Below are positions 61,901 through 64,000 of a DNA stretch of 64,000 nucleotides, in pieces. The notes beneath the pieces are model-generated. The model saw only the letters and a list, made by a program, of their open reading frames with translations, was not told the DNA's origin and ran no database searches. Position 1 is the first letter of the stretch. The number at the start of each line of letters is the position of its first letter. The translations under genes were made by a program, and so were the position numbers. The stretch spans positions 1 to 64,000 of IMG/VR virus record IMGVR_UViG_3300005680_000007; one strand, 5' to 3'. Origin of the DNA: a virus.

Positions 61901-64000
61901 GCCATGGCTGACCCGATGTACCGGGATCAGGTCAGCACCGCCTATCACGAGCTTTTCCACGGCGCGGAAAACCTGCTGCTGCGTGACGCGGAAATGGCCG
62001 TGCTCAAGGCAGAGGACGCGGAGTTGCGGCAGATCGCGGCCGACTATACCGGGATGAGCCGTGCGGAAGCGGCTGAACTCGCGGGCTTCGAGGTCCGCGC
62101 GATCGCGGCGCAGGCCTATGCGGACATGCGCAACCAGCCGCGCTCGGTCGATCTCCTGTCCGGAGCGGCCCGCAAGGTGCTGGAAAAGCTGCGCCAGATG
62201 TTCAAGCGCATCCGCAACGTCATGCGCGGGCTGGGCTACCAGACGTCGCAGGACATCTTCTCGGACTTCTATGAAGGCCGCATGGCGGCGCGGGCTGCGA
62301 AGGAACGGCCGTTCGTGCGGGAAGCGGCGTCCGTCGTGCCCGGCGGTGGCACACCCACCCCGCAGCAGCGCCGCTCCGTCATGGAGCGCATGGACATGCG
62401 CCCGCTGGACCGGGCATTGCGGGTGCCCTTCGACGTGTTCGGCGGCACCAACCAGAAGGGCGAGTGGGACCCGGGCCTGCGCCTCTCCGAGAAGGCGGCG
62501 AAGATCATCAAGGACGCCAAGTTCTCGGGTGGCGGCAAATTCCACTGGCTCAATCCCACGCTGGAACGCGCGCGTGCCGGACTGATTGACCGATACGGTC
62601 TCGACCCCGCCTATGTCGAGCGGGAGCGCCAGCGGGCGCTGGACGAGCGCCGCATCATGGGCGTGGTCCCCGAAGTGATGCAGACATTGAAGGAGAACGA
62701 CGTCGGGTCCGCCGAAGCGATCGTTTTGCAGAAGATCCTGACTGGCGAGCAAATCTCCGACGCCAACCTCGAAGCGCTCGCCGCGCCGATCCGGCAGGCC
62801 ATTGATGTATTCGGGCAGGAGGCGGTCGACCTCGGCCTCCTCTCTCAGGAATCCTTCGACCGCAACAAGGGCGCCTATCTGCATCGCGTCTACCGCAAGC
62901 ACGAGACCGACCAGAACCCGCTGGTGAAGTGGGTCTCCCAGATGGCGTCGACCCGCCGCAAGAAGATCATCGGCAACCAGTTCAAGGGCCGGGGCCTCTG
63001 GAAGGAAGTCGCAGCGAGCACGGTCAACCAGGCACCGAAGGGCTCCAAGGTCTCGATCGGCGGCACGCAATGGGAAGTCCGCGGCTACAAGGGTAAGAAG
63101 GCCGTGCTCTGGCGCGACTATACGCCGGCAGAGCGCGAGCGCATGGGCGAAATCCTCGACGCCCGCTACACCATCGCCAAGACCTATATGGTCATGGCGC
63201 ACGATCTGGCGACCGGCCGCTTCTACAAGGACATCGCGGACAATCCGGAATGGTCGTCGGATCAGGAGCCAGCGTCCGGCGCGTGGAAGAATGCTGCGGA
63301 ATACGGCCGGCACTGGGCCGACCCCGACATCGAATGGGTCAAGGTCCCCGACACCAAGATCGCGTCCAGCAACACGCCCCGCTATGGAGCGCTTGCCGGC
63401 CGGTTCGTGCGCGCTGAAATCTGGCGCGACATAAACGAACTTGAGCAGATGCAGAGCCCGACATGGTGGAACACCATCCTCACGCAATGGAAGCTCAACA
63501 AGACCGCGCGCTCCCCCGTCACGCACATGAACAACGTCATGTCCAACGCCGTGTTGATGGACATGGCGGACGTGCGCGCTCGCGATCTCTACCGCGGCAT
63601 CCGCTCGATGGTGAAGCAGGACGCGCTCTACAAGGAGGCGGTGGACAACGGCGCCTTCGGCGGCGACATGATCAGCCAGGAAATCCGGGACAACGTACTC
63701 CGGCCGATCCTCGAGGAGATCGAGAACCAGGCGCAGGCCAAGTCCCCGGTCGGCATGGTAGAGAAGGTCATGGCCGGGCTGTTCTCCAAGGGCGCGCTGG
63801 TGGGCGCTGCCTATGGTGCTGCTGGCGGTGCGTTGGTCGGCGGGCCGGTCGGTGCGGTGGCCGGTGCGGGCGTCGGGGCCGTGGCCGGCGCGGCCGCGCG
63901 CAAGCCGATCGACAAGTTCGACGAGAAGATGCTGCAGGCCTACCGGCTCGAGGATGAAGTCTTCCGCATGGCGACCTATACGCGCCGGATCGACCAAGGC
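52958..64000 (+). CDS. giant polyvalent protein (ParB-like, P-loop kinase-like, N6-MTase, DEAH/SNF2 helicase, HExxH peptidase-like); 3' partial
   Basis: Frame 2 (start coordinate mod 3 = 2) has no stop from the GTGA overlap at 52958 to nt 64000. The track lists no closed frame-2 ORF in this span. Hand translation is protein-like except for three short stretches (see findings). Confidence 0.7.
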   Translation, partial: MTDISFDDLPSAKPADTGLSFDDLPAAAPAAESGYVPEALKGFARGAQGMVTSPLQGVAAAQSQGPAAIERAGLSAAMDRVMAGEDPAQAVENVRAAPPALPPVTETPGWHAAESFKKATDPYIAPAKGWEDSWTGDIAGGFGSVAAGIGMSILNPAAAMLAFVTAGQGEAAERAVKAGATPEQIQTAARLGTVSGATDVVDALLPMMGSYGKTLGLIKRVGYGAVSGALAEGGQEGLQQFIQNAIAKGIYKPDQDLMEDVPRSAAIGAIVGGSIGGFSGGVQKPGAAPAAEAQQSAVQPTAGQPAADPLEALIAREAESPAPDNPELDALLSDLASRATDFSDRARSGSPVAAPAQAAEPATEPSGAPIDPMFADLPDAEETPQRGPKITYLTPDAIQTDAERFQYKGGADKEGVTSALKDVKKWDDRLAPPILAWESEDGSLYVVNGHQRTALAKRASAAGQPDVYVPARIMREADGYTPEYMRALGAFQNIAEGTGTALDAAKVLRANSADLADVLPPLPPRSQLVQNAKGLADLSDEAFGMVVNDIVPEAYAAQVGNILKEPAEQMAALDVLAKGQPANVDQARIMVEDIRNAGFLKGEQTGLFGAEEFARSLVPERARILDRAVKTLRKLGSTFKTAVEQEGTLAEAGNKLKRAANERAQTENERLAEVLANDGTRKGPISDALSDAARALADGKPINAVTSQFLSQVRSLTRGTRPGVQRSAETDRDGHAREPQQAALYSLGRGQQRPVAPKVRAEIEAMTARNAPLDEIVAHPAVSRAVAEMRRRIPTGTPEQLRDPAWQAKRVYDFGGKPVRGFDAAADRLTEKARSYAGGKVENGRHAVLVLGPPAAGKSTFANPIAKAMGAAVVDADDAKLVIREYQGGVGTVAVHEESSALAGRVASRLIGEGANLVLPKVGAAEASIRNLKKALEAKGYTVDVAHVAANPEISGRRNIGRWLETGRLVDPDYIREVGDKPREVAYILSREGNDYVDVDTSRSPPKIEGKGPLAKLLRDRGERGEPVSRGDGAQALFSLGRRKGVTDQVDLFGGRGDQYVLPGAEKISDAELAQRRADAPLQPKKPQKPAELFSNDDASQLGLGLEPKDGRRDVRQGAQGVSPKQPAGRAQGLSARRRPEQVSLFDWGAGRKPDDRPARPDEQAGGGERPAVPAEGGRVTKPPSIGARNRPRRNHPAAAGLAEAIKKIEERSRLNYRITDSDRIGEGGPKQKVRDNIEAVRVLRQIEEEGRGPTPEEKAKLVKYVGWGAFAQDVFAPHKQDWKKERDALRSLLTDAEYDSAKASTLNAHYTSPEVIRGMWDVMDHFGFSGGLALEPSAGIGHFIGLTPDHVAPKTAWTAVELDAITGRIAAALYGGSEVHVEGYQDLKRPSNYYDLVISNVPFGDYNITEKPYGRYPIHDFFFVKSLDKVRPGGIVAFITSRYTMDRMDPATRREFAKQADLVGAIRLPGGRKGAFAGNAGTEVTTDIIFLRKKVPDEKPYPQKPWLETKEIKTPDGPVKINEYFAANPQMMMGEMRLTGSMYSDKEPVLVGTAEGLRERIAQAARDNMEAGAFLPRGVPEPVNIDSSDVDPTLKEGALFVKNGKVYQRQNGVGVEQKLSPDDVDRVKRLSEMRGTVNDLLAAQLGASDKGTPADLRRSLAKTYEAFVKKWGPINLEERTVTSRVNKEGENVVIVRTPNLTPFKGDPDAWKVSAIEKYDPETGKATPAAIQTKNVIEAPTERQINGPADALAASLDKHGAVDVYDIADMLGTSVEDAVKSLGDTVFVDPDGRQYVTADQYLSGNVVKKLEEARALAQDDASFQRNVDALEKVQPVPLEPSDITAQFGAPWVPEHVYNDFIKDVLGGSGEVKKVPLTGEWRVTINAASRDARAKYATDRVPIDKIFKAAINNQQITVWDQVADDKREVNQKETEAARIKTEAMKEAFAGDPNLGIDGWVWQDGARAAELAAIYNRTYNNLVPTNFDGSHQTLPGLNRMFADRKHRLDAIWRMVTKGNTLLAHVVGSGKTVTMIAGGMEMKRLGLINKPAYVVPNHMLEQFAREFIEAYPNAKIIVAEKDEMTRDNRKAFLAKVAANDWDGVVITHDAFGRINMAKEFRQQFIRDQIAELERVKTAEAKEAGKDSPTVKALEKAKKRLQDKLQKLLNEDRKDEGTSFEESGVDFLFVDEAHKFKNLAFVTRLQRVKGLAQGESQRAEDLSLKIRYLDQKRPGRSAVFATGTPVSNTMAELWTMQRYLQYDKLREADLDTFDAWASTFGKVVNNMELSADGRTLKEVSSFSRFVNVPELVSLYSEIADTKTADMLNLPRPQVVAPDGKPGIEIVKVSPSEAEERYIEGLVKLAEELKGKRPEPGKPNMLSVVGLGRKVATDARLVGLPVNEGGKIATAARNIFQIWKDGKEPGTVQMVFLDMGVPQTKAKPKKADPDGDVTITDTPDPIFAKYNVDLYADLKARLVAMGVPAKQIATIHEATDDQKKAKLFSRVRSGDVRVIIGSSEKMGVGTNVQDRLIAMHHLDAPWKPAEVEQRDGRIVRQGNKNPNVRILRYVTERSFDAFMWQKLDTKSKFIGQVLSGAKGARHAEDIDNPLPEAAEMKAAASGDPRIMELAELDRKVRQLAAQKRVFDASKARAVSELAMTKGRVKQYEDALPAAEMDAAKVEDLSGDKFKVTIQGKEYDDRREAGKVILDALLARDARSYYAPKRIDIGTEMSGFPLEVVAHGRYGDGAAYLAVTPVVQASKNYSGLSDITINDQTDPAGLMLRFGNLLKSIALEPDRIERVLKEERANVPRLEKVAGETWPKDAELQRARADLDALTKELTGAKEEKPAEAAPATDAVDTEGWTAESLVGPDAGFTHWQIRDAAGNPVTKIVGGTAESAIRKAAEKPEALFDISRDLTRLAQKDRGEIERRITAIARQVMGAHVRVAFQDAIPLPDDAVEAWGAKAKGLYTAAGRYIPAHRLIDIAMADPMYRDQVSTAYHELFHGAENLLLRDAEMAVLKAEDAELRQIAADYTGMSRAEAAELAGFEVRAIAAQAYADMRNQPRSVDLLSGAARKVLEKLRQMFKRIRNVMRGLGYQTSQDIFSDFYEGRMAARAAKERPFVREAASVVPGGGTPTPQQRRSVMERMDMRPLDRALRVPFDVFGGTNQKGEWDPGLRLSEKAAKIIKDAKFSGGGKFHWLNPTLERARAGLIDRYGLDPAYVERERQRALDERRIMGVVPEVMQTLKENDVGSAEAIVLQKILTGEQISDANLEALAAPIRQAIDVFGQEAVDLGLLSQESFDRNKGAYLHRVYRKHETDQNPLVKWVSQMASTRRKKIIGNQFKGRGLWKEVAASTVNQAPKGSKVSIGGTQWEVRGYKGKKAVLWRDYTPAERERMGEILDARYTIAKTYMVMAHDLATGRFYKDIADNPEWSSDQEPASGAWKNAAEYGRHWADPDIEWVKVPDTKIASSNTPRYGALAGRFVRAEIWRDINELEQMQSPTWWNTILTQWKLNKTARSPVTHMNNVMSNAVLMDMADVRARDLYRGIRSMVKQDALYKEAVDNGAFGGDMISQEIRDNVLRPILEEIENQAQAKSPVGMVEKVMAGLFSKGALVGAAYGAAGGALVGGPVGAVAGAGVGAVAGAAARKPIDKFDEKMLQAYRLEDEVFRMATYTRRIDQG
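54119..54420 (+). other. ParB/Srx-like N-terminal nuclease domain of the giant ORF
   Basis: KITYLTPDAIQTDAERFQYKGG...ILAWESEDGSLYVVNGHQRTALAKRA. Confidence 0.6.
55065..55223 (+). CDS. +1-frame island 1 nested in the giant ORF (52 codons from ATG; coding signal from about 55095)
   Basis: Frame 0. Reads ...FDLSREELVRAYNEALRLTAMDMRENRSRPRSTRSDEDSNVL* (TAG 55221-55223). Hand-counted third-position G+C is 24/27 here against 14/27 in frame 2. Confidence 0.35.
   Translation: MPSRRNSSPRFDLSREELVRAYNEALRLTAMDMRENRSRPRSTRSDEDSNVL
55480..55900 (+). other. P-loop kinase-like (zeta-toxin/AAA_33-like) domain of the giant ORF
   Basis: GRHAVLVLGPPAAGKSTFANPIAKAMGAAVVDADDAKLV. Confidence 0.45.
55938..56096 (+). 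CDS. +1-frame island 2 nested in the giant ORF (50-52 codons)
   Basis: Frame 0. GAGG at 55931-55934, ATGs at 55938, 55944 and 55950. Reads ...SFSEIEESAESLFLEEMERKPSSRSGDGKA* (TAA 56094-56096). Third-position G+C is 35/44 against 24/46 in frame 2. Confidence 0.35.
   Translation: MTMSMSIPPEAPRKSKEKARSRSFSEIEESAESLFLEEMERKPSSRSGDGKA
56286..56564 (+). CDS. +1-frame island 3: TnpV-like ORF nested in the giant ORF
   Basis: Frame 0. GGAG at 56275-56278, 7 nt before the ATG. Reads MDAETFAREHKEYLQNNRPDVLKGFQREGDLSRYLSSIGEQAE...NDLPYLQKVAALQNHHQSALEIVRDEIILQPRD*. It resembles TnpV. Third-position G+C is very high, whereas frame 2 is Arg/Pro/Gly-rich. Confidence 0.55.
   Translation: MDAETFAREHKEYLQNNRPDVLKGFQREGDLSRYLSSIGEQAESRMIDLHGQMNKQAGVNDLPYLQKVAALQNHHQSALEIVRDEIILQPRD
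56565..57450 (+). other. gamma-class N6-adenine DNA methyltransferase domain of the giant ORF
   Basis: NYRITDSD...YVGWGAF..., motif I LEPSAGIGHF, motif IV ISNVPFG, and IVAFITS. Confidence 0.75.
58950..60700 (+). other. DEAH/SNF2-type helicase domain of the giant ORF
   Basis: AHVVGSGKTVTM (Walker A), FVDEAHKFKN, ATGTPVSNTMAELW, VIIGSSEKMGVGTNVQ, QRDGRIVRQGN. Confidence 0.75.
61946..61960 (+). other. HExxH zinc-metallopeptidase-like motif in the giant ORF
   Basis: STAYHELFHGAEN, in frame 2. Confidence 0.45.

Noticed and set aside
59843-63997. 1384-aa minus-strand ORF, the longest in the track. Similar minus-strand ORFs lie at 52739-56062 (1107 aa) and 50646-53162 (838 aa).
   Set aside because: The translations are Arg/Gly/His/Pro-rich and low in complexity. 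They lie antisense to + strand sequence with clear MTase, helicase, ParB and structural motifs. These are typical shadow ORFs of high-GC DNA.

Overview
High-GC alphaproteobacterial-type DNA that is almost entirely mobile-element sequence. Nt 1-4290 is the end of a phage-like element. It carries a GxSxG esterase-like ORF, a holin/spanin-like lysis cassette on the + strand, a terminator, and a block of small minus-strand accessory genes including a PAPS-reductase-family PP-loop enzyme. This block ends at a 49-nt 3' fragment of tRNA-Val(CAC) at 4293-4341, read here as an att scar. From 4358 to the window end lies a near-complete temperate, podovirus-like prophage. In order it contains: a degraded integrase chimera; a leftward early operon (IS1595-family insertion with passenger ORFs, C5-MTase, beta-helix repeat protein, HNH, DEDDh exonuclease, NinB-like, RecT-like, many small ORFs, XRE regulator); a pL-like promoter; an ORF-free hairpin-rich spacer of about 450 nt; a divergent CI-like/Cro-like switch; rightward early genes (RHH, HTH, receiver-less OmpR-type wHTH, SPPY MTase, RuvC-like, GcrA-like, DnaB, DUF4326-like); the late-region entry (terminator, cold-shock protein, glycosyltransferase); and HNH+TerS+TerL, portal, GroES-like, scaffold-like, decoration/capsid, beta-helix protein, adaptor-like proteins, a modular tail fibre, a tail-collar fibre and internal virion proteins. 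The last gene is a polyvalent ORF of at least 3,681 codons (52958 to beyond 64000; ParB-like, P-loop kinase-like, N6-MTase, DEAH/SNF2 helicase, HExxH). It has no stop inside the window and is therefore missing from the ORF track. Three free-standing homing-endonuclease genes interrupt the structural module. Most genes are translationally coupled by ATGA/GTGA overlaps. Many long ORFs in the track are antisense or alternative-frame shadows typical of high-GC DNA. No rRNA, CRISPR array or intact tRNA was seen. All homology calls come from motif recognition by eye and need HMM or BLAST confirmation.
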